A stretch of 60,293 bases of DNA, from assembly GCA_015064965.1 (NCBI GenBank), contig SVRG01000003.1, forward strand, positions 1-60,293, given 5' to 3'. Both the position numbers and the translations under genes were made by a program. The notes under the pieces are model-generated. The model was given only the letters and a program-made list of their open reading frames with translations, was not told where the DNA came from and searched no databases. This DNA is from Oscillospiraceae bacterium (GTDB lineage Bacteria; Bacillota; Clostridia; Oscillospirales; CAG-272). Shown here piece by piece: positions 15,759 to 24,633 of this stretch; position 1 is the stretch's first letter; each line of letters opens with the position of its first letter.

Positions 15759-16514
15759 ATGGAATACGAGCATTACCGTGATGCAAAGGAATTTTTCTGC
15801 ATCGGCAAAAACTATTGCAAAGAGCATTTTCACCGTGCTATCGAAATACAGTATTGCATTAAGGAAAATAAAGAGCTTTTGATAGACGGCAAAAATGAAA
15901 CGCTTTCGGAAGGGGAGTTTTTGTTTATCCCTCCATTTTGCACACACCGCTTTCCCAGACAGGAAAACCACTCTTCCCTCGCCGTTGTTTTTCCCGTTTC
16001 GTATACCGACACATGGGAACAGGCACTTAAAGACAAGCAGCTTTCACACTTGATTTTCAAGGACAAAACACTTGCAAAAGACCTGTATGACCATCTTATA
16101 CAGCTCGCATCAACAAAGAATCCGATTCTGCGTGACGGCATTTATAAATATGTCCTCGGCAAACTGCTCGAGCACGGAAAGTTTCAGGCAAAAACACAAA
16201 ATAGCAAGGGCGACTTTGCCCTGCAAACGCTCACATATTTAGAAAAGCATTATGCAGAGCCGCTCACATTGTCCAAGGTTGCCAATGAACTTGGATACAA
16301 CTACAGTTATTTCTCATCGATTTTCAAGAAGACATTCCGTGCCGGCTTTTGCGAGTACCTCGCAATGCTCAGAGTGCGCAAATCACTACCGCTTTTACGC
16401 TCAGAAAAAATTGAGGATGTCGCATACAAAGTAGGTTTTGGCAGTATACAGAGTTACTATCTGTGTTTCAAGCGGGTTATGAAAACTTCGCCTGCCGCAT
16501 ACAGACAAAAGTAA
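15759..16514 (+). CDS. AraC-family transcriptional regulator
   Basis: Cupin-like N-terminus. The C-terminal HTH reads LSKVANELGYNYSYFSSIFKKTFRAGFCEY...EDVAYKVGFGSIQSYYLCFKRVMKTSPAAY. Confidence 0.85.
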   Translation: MEYEHYRDAKEFFCIGKNYCKEHFHRAIEIQYCIKENKELLIDGKNETLSEGEFLFIPPFCTHRFPRQENHSSLAVVFPVSYTDTWEQALKDKQLSHLIFKDKTLAKDLYDHLIQLASTKNPILRDGIYKYVLGKLLEHGKFQAKTQNSKGDFALQTLTYLEKHYAEPLTLSKVANELGYNYSYFSSIFKKTFRAGFCEYLAMLRVRKSLPLLRSEKIEDVAYKVGFGSIQSYYLCFKRVMKTSPAAYRQK

Positions 16515-16554
16515 GTTCATCACGCAAATAATTGCGCTTATCAAAGAGTAAACA

Positions 16555-16586
16555 AAAAATGCAAGGCTTGCCCTTGCATTTTTTGT
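16555..16586. terminator. Bidirectional intrinsic terminator
   Basis: AAAAAATGCAAGG-CTTGC-CCTTGCATTTTTT. Confidence 0.8.
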
Positions 16587-16662
16587 TATTTCTGACTTCT
16601 GCTCTTAGGCTATAGTCGAGACACGCTCTCAGTCAATTCTTCAACCGCTTCGCCCAAAGCGT

Positions 16663-17433
16663 TTAAAAGATACCTTCTTCCGTAACCTCGGCGATAGTGA
16701 TATTCCCATCCTTTATACCGAGGCGGTAATACACATCTTCGCCCCCCTCTGTCTTGGCACGGAGGTACACTTCCCCTCCTTCCGCCTCTTCAAACGAAAA
16801 GGCGATCCATCCGTCAGCCGGGAAAATATTTTCTATTGTCTCTCCGCTTGGCTCTGTAGCAGTAAACCTGAATGTAAAACGTCCGGACGTCGGACCTGCG
16901 CTGAGTGTCAAAGTCTCCTTTTCACCTTCTTTGTCTATGTCGTATTCCGCAACGTCATATATGGGATCGTAAACCGACCGAACACCCTTAAATTCAAACA
17001 CGGCACCGTCGGGTACGGGGCACTGACTCTCGGCGGCAGCGCCGGAATACTTGTAGCTCGGTATATACGAAGATTGCGCCGCATCAAAAGCAAATCCGTC
17101 ATCTGTAGTGCCAAATACATATGTATTCTTACCGTCGTCTGTTCTAAGCGTCAGTATGCCGTCTGCCAGCTCATATTTTCCTATACAAAGATAACTGCTG
17201 AACAGCGAATAGGAAAAATGAAAAGTTCCGTCATCCCGCAGACATATCGATGGCGGCATTGGTTCGAGACCGTTTTCGTATTCGTATCTTCTGTAGCTCA
17301 AGGACTTTGAAATTCCGCTTATATAAGTCTGCCTTGACATATCCGTGCGATATAGCCAGCGGATAAGCTCTCTTCCCTCTTTGCCAAGCTTTGCATATAT
17401 AAGCAATATAACGGAGAAAAACATGTATAACAT
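16663..17433 (-). CDS. Hypothetical protein with an N-terminal hydrophobic segment; start uncertain
   Basis: 256-aa ORF with a coding-like composition and no recognisable motif. No RBS precedes the ATG at 17433. Its first 11 nt overlap the divergent TrmH paralogue start. Confidence 0.5.
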   Translation of the reverse strand: MLYMFFSVILLIYAKLGKEGRELIRWLYRTDMSRQTYISGISKSLSYRRYEYENGLEPMPPSICLRDDGTFHFSYSLFSSYLCIGKYELADGILTLRTDDGKNTYVFGTTDDGFAFDAAQSSYIPSYKYSGAAAESQCPVPDGAVFEFKGVRSVYDPIYDVAEYDIDKEGEKETLTLSAGPTSGRFTFRFTATEPSGETIENIFPADGWIAFSFEEAEGGEVYLRAKTEGGEDVYYRLGIKDGNITIAEVTEEGIF

Positions 17434-18238
17434 TATAGAAATAACAGATTTTCTTGATCCTCGCTTGGATGTATATGCACGGTTAACCGAGGGTCAACTG
17501 TTAAATCGCGAGTTCCCGGAAAAAGGTATGTTTATCGCCGAGAGCCCAAAAGTTATCGAGCGCGCTCTTGATTCGGGATATGAAGCGGTGTCGTGTCTTA
17601 TGGAGAAAAAGCATATTGAGGGAGAAGGCAAGCATATCCTTTCAAGGATAAAAGATGTGCCTGTTTTTTGCGCAGAATTTGATATTCTGACACAGCTTAC
17701 AGGCTTCAAACTTACAAGAGGTATGCTGTGCGCTATGAAGCGAAAACCACTACACACCGTAAGAGAAATTTGTGAGAACAAAAACAGAATAGTTATACTT
17801 GATAAAGTTATGAACCCGACAAATGTAGGCGCCATAATCCGCTCAGCAGCGGCACTTGGAATGGATGCAGTGCTACTGACTCCCGGATGCTCCGATCCTC
17901 TGTACAGACGCGCTGCAAGAGTCAGCATGGGTACCGTGTTTCAGATTGAATGGACGTTTTTGACCGACGACTCTCTTGATGAAATAAAGGCTCTTGGGTT
18001 CAAAACCGTAGCTATGGCACTTAAGGACAATTCCCTTTCAATTAATGACCCACGGCTTACAGACGAAAAGAAACTCGCCGTAATTATGGGCACCGAGGGG
18101 GACGGGCTCTCCGACAACACCATAGCCGACTGCGATTTTACCGTGAAAATACCGATGTACCACGGTGTCGATTCGCTGAATGTTGCCGCCGCTTCTGCCG
18201 TAGCTTTCTATCAACTTAGCAAGCCAAGCAACTCTTGA
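17423..18238 (+). CDS. TrmH/SpoU-family RNA 2'-O-methyltransferase (paralogue 2)
   Basis: MYNIIEITDFLDPRLDVYARL... is collinear with 8468-9283, with about 25-30 aa differences over 271 by manual alignment. The RBS GGAGA lies upstream of the ATG at 17423. The track start at 17345 has no support. Confidence 0.85.
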   Translation: MYNIIEITDFLDPRLDVYARLTEGQLLNREFPEKGMFIAESPKVIERALDSGYEAVSCLMEKKHIEGEGKHILSRIKDVPVFCAEFDILTQLTGFKLTRGMLCAMKRKPLHTVREICENKNRIVILDKVMNPTNVGAIIRSAAALGMDAVLLTPGCSDPLYRRAARVSMGTVFQIEWTFLTDDSLDEIKALGFKTVAMALKDNSLSINDPRLTDEKKLAVIMGTEGDGLSDNTIADCDFTVKIPMYHGVDSLNVAAASAVAFYQLSKPSNS

Positions 18239-18249
18239 AGTTCTGCAGT

Positions 18250-18296
18250 AAAAAAGGAACTCATGCATAGTACATGAGTTCCTTTTCTGTTTTTAT
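18250..18296. terminator. Bidirectional intrinsic terminator
   Basis: AAAAAAGGAACTCATG-CATAGTA-CATGAGTTCCTTTT. Confidence 0.8.
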
Positions 18297-18304
18297 CATT
18301 TGAA

Positions 18305-20686
18305 TTATTTTACAAGTGTTGCGGTATTGGTTGCCGCATCCCATGCAATATTGTCATTTGCAACGCCGAGCGCGTTTGCAATAGCACGCACCGGGAGATA
18401 TGTGCGGTTACTTTCGATAATCGCAGGAGAATCGAGCGCAACTGCCTTTCCGTTTACCAGCATTTCTTTTGCATCAATTGTAACAACGATTGTCACTTCG
18501 CTATTTGTTAGTGTTGCAGTTCTGGTTGCCGCGTCCCATTTAATGCCGCCGTTATCAACACCAAATGCATTTGCAAGAAATCTTACAGGAAGCATTGTGC
18601 GACTCAAGCGGTTTATGGGGGCAGCATCAAGAGTCTGTGCTACTCCGTTGATATAAGCAGTAGTAGAACCGATAGTCAGCTTGACAGTAGTGGATCCTTG
18701 GGGAATATCGTTTGTAACAGTATCAAACCACTTAAGCATTTCATCTGTCGGTTCAACATTCATATAATTCAGAACATATGTAGAATTCTCAAAAAGCGCA
18801 AGCAGTTCTTCGTTTATTTCGCCTTGATATTCGCAATTGTTGCATGCAAACTCATCTATATCTCCGCCAGTCCAATTCACGGTAACGGTATCAAGCACAT
18901 TTCGCATATCAAGCTGCTTTACATATCCGCTCTTGACATTTACAACCGCATTGTTTGAATGGATGCTCTGGTCGCCGCCGACCTGAATAAACTTGTTTAC
19001 GCGGCAGCCGTCAACATTTATGACAACATTATCACCTTCGCTTGACTGAATCGGTCCTCCGTAAACGCGATCAACAGAACCGCCGAGGAGGTTAAGGGTT
19101 GATGTTCCGGTAAAGTCATGGATATAACCGCTGATTTCAACACCTCTTGTATATCCGATAACGGCATAATAATTTCCGCTTTCGATCGTGATATGATTAT
19201 CAACATTGTGCGGAACCAGAGTGTCGGATTCGTAAAGCTGATATCCCCCGAGAACATAGATGCTTGCCACATCGATTGTGGGGGTTACAAGCCCTGTACC
19301 AAAAGCGATATTATGAAATCTGCCGACAAAAAGCAAGGTGCCCTCAAAATCTATCTTTGTGTTTTCAAAAGTTGTATCTCCTCCGAAGAAAAAGCGTCTG
19401 CCTTTGTCAAACTTGATTCCGCCGTCAAAATAGTTTACTCCGTCAAAAGAAGTTATAACAATCTTGTTGTCATGGTTGGGCTCGATAAAGTTTGACTTGA
19501 ATTCAACCGTATTGATAAGAACAATTGTTCCGTCAATACCGGAAAGCATATCGTAAGCCTGTGCCAGGTCACTTATAGGGCTATCGGGAGTAAAACCGGT
19601 TCCGTCACCGACATTGGCAACATAAATCTTTGCAGGGTGCGCTGTGGATTTTTCAGGCTTGGTATCAAGAAGAGTGTATGATGCAACATCTGCATCAATT
19701 GCTCCGGAAATTTCGGATCCGTCCTCATATTTTGCAGTATCGAAAACATCCATTATCGCCTGTGCGTGAACACCTTTGCGAACTACAAGGTCCATCTTGC
19801 CGTCAACCACAAACTCTTTAATCTTATCTTCCACAGTGCGTGAAACGATATCAATTGTGCCGCCAAAGAAGTTAACTGTGGTGTGGCCCATGACATTGTT
19901 GAGATTGAGCGATTTTACAGTTCCGCCATTAATAGTTACCTTTGCGTCACCGTTAATACGTCTTGTAGCGTCGCCGGCGGTGCAAAGTGCATTTACAGTA
20001 CCGCCGTTAACTGTGATGTTTGCAGAGCCTGAGTAAGAACCGCTTATGGATGCACCGTAAACAGTCTTGATCGTACCGCCATTTACGGTGATATTTGATG
20101 TTCCGGTATAGTTTGTAGTTCCGCTTCCGCGTGAAAAGCCTACAACTGCATGCCAATTTCCGCTTTCAACCACAATGGATGAGTCGCGGTTTGTAGCATG
20201 TTTATTCTCCTTATCCGTTGCGGGAAGCTGATATCCTCCGAGAACATAGATAATAAGGTCGGACTGAACGCTCACGCCCTTGCCGATAACAAGCGGATGA
20301 TAACCGGCAACAAACATTGCAGTTTTTGATGAGTTCTCTGATCCAATTGTAAATTTGATATTTTCAACGGTAGTAGGTCCTGCAAAATAGAAACGGTTGA
20401 AAGATGGATGATTGGTTACGATCTGGCCACCGCTTATAGTAATGTTTTTTTCATGCGTGGGAGCATAGAACGGCGCATTAAATGTATATGTATCGGTAAT
20501 TACTACTTTGCCGCCACTCTGCGCAAGAATATCAAAGGCATCTTCAAGCGAGCCGAGGGGGGAATCTGCACTGATTCCTGTTCCGTTTCCGCCGTCATTG
20601 AGATATACGGTTTCTTCTGCCGCTGCACTTAACGCAAGAAGTGCCATCATGGCAACGATTAAATAAAACAATAAACTCTTTTTCAT
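18305..20686 (-). CDS. Secreted surface protein: two ~330-aa beta-helix-like modules plus two copper-amine-oxidase-N-terminal ('stalk') domains
   Basis: Signal peptide: MKKSLLFYLIVAMMALLALSAAA. The repeated module openings are VYLNDGGNGTGISADSPLGSLEDAFDIL and IYVANVGDGTGFTPDSPISDLAQAYDML. The C-terminus carries two INGVAQTLDAAPI...RTMLPVRF.ANA.G...W(D/N)A.T.TATL units. Confidence 0.8.
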   Translation of the reverse strand: MKKSLLFYLIVAMMALLALSAAAEETVYLNDGGNGTGISADSPLGSLEDAFDILAQSGGKVVITDTYTFNAPFYAPTHEKNITISGGQIVTNHPSFNRFYFAGPTTVENIKFTIGSENSSKTAMFVAGYHPLVIGKGVSVQSDLIIYVLGGYQLPATDKENKHATNRDSSIVVESGNWHAVVGFSRGSGTTNYTGTSNITVNGGTIKTVYGASISGSYSGSANITVNGGTVNALCTAGDATRRINGDAKVTINGGTVKSLNLNNVMGHTTVNFFGGTIDIVSRTVEDKIKEFVVDGKMDLVVRKGVHAQAIMDVFDTAKYEDGSEISGAIDADVASYTLLDTKPEKSTAHPAKIYVANVGDGTGFTPDSPISDLAQAYDMLSGIDGTIVLINTVEFKSNFIEPNHDNKIVITSFDGVNYFDGGIKFDKGRRFFFGGDTTFENTKIDFEGTLLFVGRFHNIAFGTGLVTPTIDVASIYVLGGYQLYESDTLVPHNVDNHITIESGNYYAVIGYTRGVEISGYIHDFTGTSTLNLLGGSVDRVYGGPIQSSEGDNVVINVDGCRVNKFIQVGGDQSIHSNNAVVNVKSGYVKQLDMRNVLDTVTVNWTGGDIDEFACNNCEYQGEINEELLALFENSTYVLNYMNVEPTDEMLKWFDTVTNDIPQGSTTVKLTIGSTTAYINGVAQTLDAAPINRLSRTMLPVRFLANAFGVDNGGIKWDAATRTATLTNSEVTIVVTIDAKEMLVNGKAVALDSPAIIESNRTYLPVRAIANALGVANDNIAWDAATNTATLVK

Positions 20687-20703
20687 AAATATATCTCCAA
20701 AGT

Positions 20704-22563
20704 TTAGTCAAGTACTACTTCAGGCCAAGATGTTGTAACAAACGCAGGAATATTATCAAGTGTATCGCAAATTGCGCCGGCACCGTCCTGATTTACAACC
20801 GCAGGGCTTGCCTTAAACGAAGTTGCATTGGTAAGGTTTACAAGCGATTTGGGAATTGATATTTCAATAACCGCGCCTTCGTCAGTATCGTTGTTGTTAT
20901 CTACGGTTCCGTATGTCTTGACCGCCGCAGTTCCGCCGCTAACCTTTGTTTCAACGCCCCTGTCAATGTATAAAACAGACATCGAACCGTCAAGTTCTAC
21001 AGTAACGCGGTAATACTGCGTATCACCCACACCGATGTTTACTATCACTGCGTCACCGCTTCTAAGATAATTATCAAGTCGGTTAACGAGGAAATAAACA
21101 TTGTTTTCATCATGTGCAACCTGTTGAGTAATCTGCGCTTGCGCTTTGCTGCCAACAAACAAAGCATCGGTATTGCTCTTCCATTCGGCAAAAGCACCAT
21201 CAATTGCGGGTGTCATCTTTTTTGCATTGGTGCGGTGATTGAGATAGGAGTGACCCAACTGAATACCGTACTTGTCTCCGTACTTTGCCTGAAACGCAGA
21301 GATAACCTCGTGAGGGCCGACAATCAAACTTGACCCCCACATGCCGCCGGTTCCGGGAAGAGCACTTCTTTCCTTGCCCCATGCTGTTCCGTCGGGACTG
21401 AGCATGCGATAGAAGAAGTCTCTGCCGTTATGATAGGTTAGGTATACTTCGCCCGATGGGAAAGTATTAAGATAAGGTCCTGCACCGTCACAAATCGAAT
21501 GAATAATGGTGTCAGGTCCCTCTTCCTCAAAGTTAAGCGAGCGCCACTTTCCGCCTTCTTCACTTATTCCAAGCGAAATATCAAAAGTAATATTTGCCTG
21601 CTTTGATTCAACCGCCATAAGCGACCTGCCATTGTAAAGCGTTGTTACTACCGGCATCTGCCCTGTCCAGTACTGGATGGGCTCGGTATATGTTTTGTTT
21701 TTTACATCGGGTATCTTTTTTCCTATAGATTCCTTGAATACGCGAAGGGCAACATAATTATTCTTGTCCCCCTCTTTTACAACCGGACTCCAGGTATAGC
21801 CATTGTCAGTTGATTCTATCATCATTACATAGGTTGAACGGCGGACAATGTCATAGCCGTAAAGCGAATGATACTCGGCATTGGATGACCAGAAAATCTG
21901 CAGAGTGCCGTCAGCCAGTTTATGAATATATGGCTCCCAGCCCGTGCCTGTATAGATTTTTGTATGCTCGCCCCATACAACCTTGTCATTTTCATCAAGC
22001 TTGCCGCGTACCATAAAAATACCGTTCATATCCCAATATGGAGCGTAATTTTCAGCATAGGCAATACTCGGACGCTCATAGTAGATACAGAGAATGTCGC
22101 CGTTATCAAGAATGATAGCATCTGCATTGCATCCAATCATACTGTCATTTTTGCCTGCGAGAGGGCCGTCGGTGTGAACAAATTTTTTATCATCATTGGT
22201 GGCATGAAAAGGCTCGGGGTTATCCCATGTTACACCGTCTTTTGAAAGCGTATAATAGAGATGGGGGCCCGTCTGTCCGCCCATGAAAAAGAGAATGTAC
22301 AAATCATCGCGAAGCTGCTTGATACGAGGATAAAAAGCATTGTCGTATCTCTTATACGAAGTTTTTGGGGAATTTAAATCAACAATTTCTCTGTAATTCA
22401 GCTCAACCGAGGATGTATTGAAATCATCCGAAACATGGCTGGCTTTTTCATGTTCAGTGTTGAGGTCTTTAACGGTAAGCACATTTTTTTCAGCACCAAA
22501 TGCCGTCATTGAAAAAAGTGCAAGAAGAACAAGCGCCGCCGTAAAATAAATAAATCTCTTCAT
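20704..22563 (-). CDS. Secreted BNR/Asp-box beta-propeller protein (sialidase-superfamily glycosidase-like) with a C-terminal CBM9/DOMON-like module
   Basis: It has a signal peptide. The Asp-boxes are SKDGVTW and STDNGYTW. The C-terminal stretch AIDGAFAEWKSNTDALFVGSKAQAQITQQVAHDENNVYFLV is CBM9-like. Confidence 0.7.
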   Translation of the reverse strand: MKRFIYFTAALVLLALFSMTAFGAEKNVLTVKDLNTEHEKASHVSDDFNTSSVELNYREIVDLNSPKTSYKRYDNAFYPRIKQLRDDLYILFFMGGQTGPHLYYTLSKDGVTWDNPEPFHATNDDKKFVHTDGPLAGKNDSMIGCNADAIILDNGDILCIYYERPSIAYAENYAPYWDMNGIFMVRGKLDENDKVVWGEHTKIYTGTGWEPYIHKLADGTLQIFWSSNAEYHSLYGYDIVRRSTYVMMIESTDNGYTWSPVVKEGDKNNYVALRVFKESIGKKIPDVKNKTYTEPIQYWTGQMPVVTTLYNGRSLMAVESKQANITFDISLGISEEGGKWRSLNFEEEGPDTIIHSICDGAGPYLNTFPSGEVYLTYHNGRDFFYRMLSPDGTAWGKERSALPGTGGMWGSSLIVGPHEVISAFQAKYGDKYGIQLGHSYLNHRTNAKKMTPAIDGAFAEWKSNTDALFVGSKAQAQITQQVAHDENNVYFLVNRLDNYLRSGDAVIVNIGVGDTQYYRVTVELDGSMSVLYIDRGVETKVSGGTAAVKTYGTVDNNNDTDEGAVIEISIPKSLVNLTNATSFKASPAVVNQDGAGAICDTLDNIPAFVTTSWPEVVLD

Positions 22564-22661
22564 CAAGGTTTCTCCTTAAATAAAAATACTTTTTGCTACT
22601 ACATTTATTTTACCACATTTTTTCCATAACGCAATAAAAATATAGTTTTTTCTTTCATTTA

Positions 22662-22690
22662 TTGACAAAGCATATACTTCGTGTTATGAT
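22662..22690 (+). promoter_or_regulatory. Promoter of the PadR operon
   Basis: TTGACA (22662-22667), 17-nt spacer, TATGAT (22685-22690). Confidence 0.7.
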
Positions 22691-22714
22691 GTATTACATA
22701 AAGAGAGGTATTTT

Positions 22715-23035
22715 ATGGATGCACAGTTAAAACGCGGTCTTTTGGATATATGCGTCCTTGCTGCTATTAAGAGCGAGGATTCATACGGTTATAAAATCAT
22801 AAAAGATATGAAGCCATATATTGAACTTTCCGAATCGACTTTGTATACTATTCTGAAGCGCTTGGAATCTGCTAACATGCTGACAGTGCGCACGGCGGAA
22901 CATGACGGAAGACTCAGAAAATACTATCATATCACTAAAACAGGATTAAGGCGTATCGAAGATTTCAAGAAAGAATGGTCGGAGATTTTCTCAATATATC
23001 GCTTTGTAACCAAGGGGGATGATACACATGAATAA
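22715..23035 (+). CDS. PadR-family transcriptional regulator
   Basis: LDICVLAAIKSEDSYGYKIIKDM...STLYTILKRLESANMLT...GRLRKYYHITKTG is the PadR winged-helix signature. Confidence 0.9.
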   Translation: MDAQLKRGLLDICVLAAIKSEDSYGYKIIKDMKPYIELSESTLYTILKRLESANMLTVRTAEHDGRLRKYYHITKTGLRRIEDFKKEWSEIFSIYRFVTKGDDTHE

Positions 23036-23618
23036 GCAAGAATTTCTTGACCGGTTGCGTGATGGATTGTCCGTATTACCGCAAAAAGACGCGGAGGAGC
23101 ATTTGGCATTTTACAGTGAAATGATAGATGACCGAATAGAAGAGGGACTTTTAGAAGATGACGCAGTTGGCGAAATCGGATCAGTTGATTCTATTGTATC
23201 TCAGATTGTTGCAGATGTTCCAACTGCAAAAAATACAGCAAGACAAAAGAAAAAGATGAAGTCATGGGAAATCATACTTTTGGTGCTCGGCTCTCCGATC
23301 TGGCTGTCATTAGTTATCGCCGCATTTTCTGTACTCCTATCTATTTATGTTGTATTATGGAGTGCTATTATTTCCCTATGGGCAGTTTTTGGGGCGCTTA
23401 TCGGCTGTACTGTCGCCTGCATTGCAGCAGGTATTGTATTTATTCCACAAGGCAACACGCTTTCCGGAATTGCTACAATAGGAGCCGGAACCGTTTGCGC
23501 CGGCATTTCTATCTTTATGTACTTTGGATGCAAGGCAGCGACAAAAGGCATACTGTTACTTACAAAAAAACTTGCGCTGTGGATAAAAAACTGCTTGGTA
23601 AAAAAGGAGGAACAGTAA
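23028..23618 (+). CDS. DUF1700-type membrane protein (PadR-associated)
   Basis: MNKQEFLDRLRDGLSVLPQKDAEEHLAFYSEMIDDRIEEG is followed by several TM helices. The gene overlaps the padR stop. Confidence 0.8.
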   Translation: MNKQEFLDRLRDGLSVLPQKDAEEHLAFYSEMIDDRIEEGLLEDDAVGEIGSVDSIVSQIVADVPTAKNTARQKKKMKSWEIILLVLGSPIWLSLVIAAFSVLLSIYVVLWSAIISLWAVFGALIGCTVACIAAGIVFIPQGNTLSGIATIGAGTVCAGISIFMYFGCKAATKGILLLTKKLALWIKNCLVKKEEQ

Positions 23619-24580
23619 TGAGTAAAAAAACAGCTATATGGCTTATTACAGCGTTTTTCCTTGTATTGATCGGATGCATGATCTTTGGGGGAGCAATGAC
23701 GATGTTTAAATGGGATTTTTCAAAACTGTCCACTGTAAAATATGAAACAAATACATATGAAATCAGTGACAGCTATAAAAACATATCAATCATAACCGAT
23801 ACTGCCGACATTGTATTTGCGATATCGAATGGCTCAGAACACTCGGTTGTATGTCACGAGGCAAAAAAGGAAAAACACTCAGTTACAGTAATTGACGGCG
23901 CCCTCGTAATCAAGGTCAACGACACAAGAAAATGGTATGAATATATAGGAATAGCCTTTTCCACGCCCAAAATAACAGTATACCTCCCTAAAGGCGAATA
24001 CGGCGCGCTTACAATAAAATCAACAACCGGAAACATACAAATCCCGAAAGAATTAAGTTTTGACAGTATAGACATCTCGGAAAGCACCGGAAATGTAGCA
24101 AACTATGCTTCTGCATCGGATGCTGTAAAAATCAAAACAAGTACAGGCAATATCACTGTTGAAAACATCTCCGCAAAAAAGATGGACCTTGCTGTCACAA
24201 CGGGCAAAATTACCGTTTCCCACGCGGCATGCGAGGACGATGTAAAAATCAATGTTTCTACAGAAAAAACAACCATTACAAAAACAACCTGCAAAAATCT
24301 TGTGTCAAACGGCAACACCGGAAGCATATTATTAAACGATGTTGTTGCTACTGGAAAATTCTCAATTAAGAGAAGCACCGGTGCTGTAAAATTTGAAAAT
24401 GCAGATGCTTCTGAAATTTTTGTAGAAACAGACACCGGCAATGTCAGCGGCAGTTTACTGACAGACAAGGTGTTTATTACGCATACCGATACCGGAAAAG
24501 TTGACGTTCCCAAAACGGTAAGTGGTGGCAGATGCGAAATCACCACCGATACCGGTGATATCCGTATAAAGATACAATAA
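23618..24580 (+). CDS. DUF4097-type beta-strand-repeat protein with an N-terminal TM anchor
   Basis: The RBS AAGGAGG is present, with a TAATG stop-start overlap. The product has a TM helix and then repeated S(T)TG(N/A)I/V...V strands. The upstream part of the 438-aa track ORF overlaps the previous gene out of frame. Confidence 0.8.
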   Translation: MSKKTAIWLITAFFLVLIGCMIFGGAMTMFKWDFSKLSTVKYETNTYEISDSYKNISIITDTADIVFAISNGSEHSVVCHEAKKEKHSVTVIDGALVIKVNDTRKWYEYIGIAFSTPKITVYLPKGEYGALTIKSTTGNIQIPKELSFDSIDISESTGNVANYASASDAVKIKTSTGNITVENISAKKMDLAVTTGKITVSHAACEDDVKINVSTEKTTITKTTCKNLVSNGNTGSILLNDVVATGKFSIKRSTGAVKFENADASEIFVETDTGNVSGSLLTDKVFITHTDTGKVDVPKTVSGGRCEITTDTGDIRIKIQ

Positions 24581-24583
24581 AAT

Positions 24584-24623
24584 AAAAAGCCATTTAGCAA
24601 GTTTTTGCTAAATGGCTTTTTTA
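24584..24623. terminator. Bidirectional intrinsic terminator
   Basis: AAAAAGCCATTTAGCAA-GTTTT-TGCTAAATGGCTTTTTT. Confidence 0.8.
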
Positions 24624-24633
24624 AAACAAAATA

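Noticed and set aside
17345-17422. The 26-aa N-terminal extension of the second TrmH gene.
   Set aside because: Paralogue 1 and the RBS position both support the ATG at 17423. The extension is antisense to the neighbouring gene.
23264-23617. The N-terminal 118-aa extension of the DUF4097 ORF (the track ORF starts at 23264).
   Set aside because: The extension overlaps the DUF1700 gene out of frame. A strong RBS and a TAATG junction support the start at 23618.
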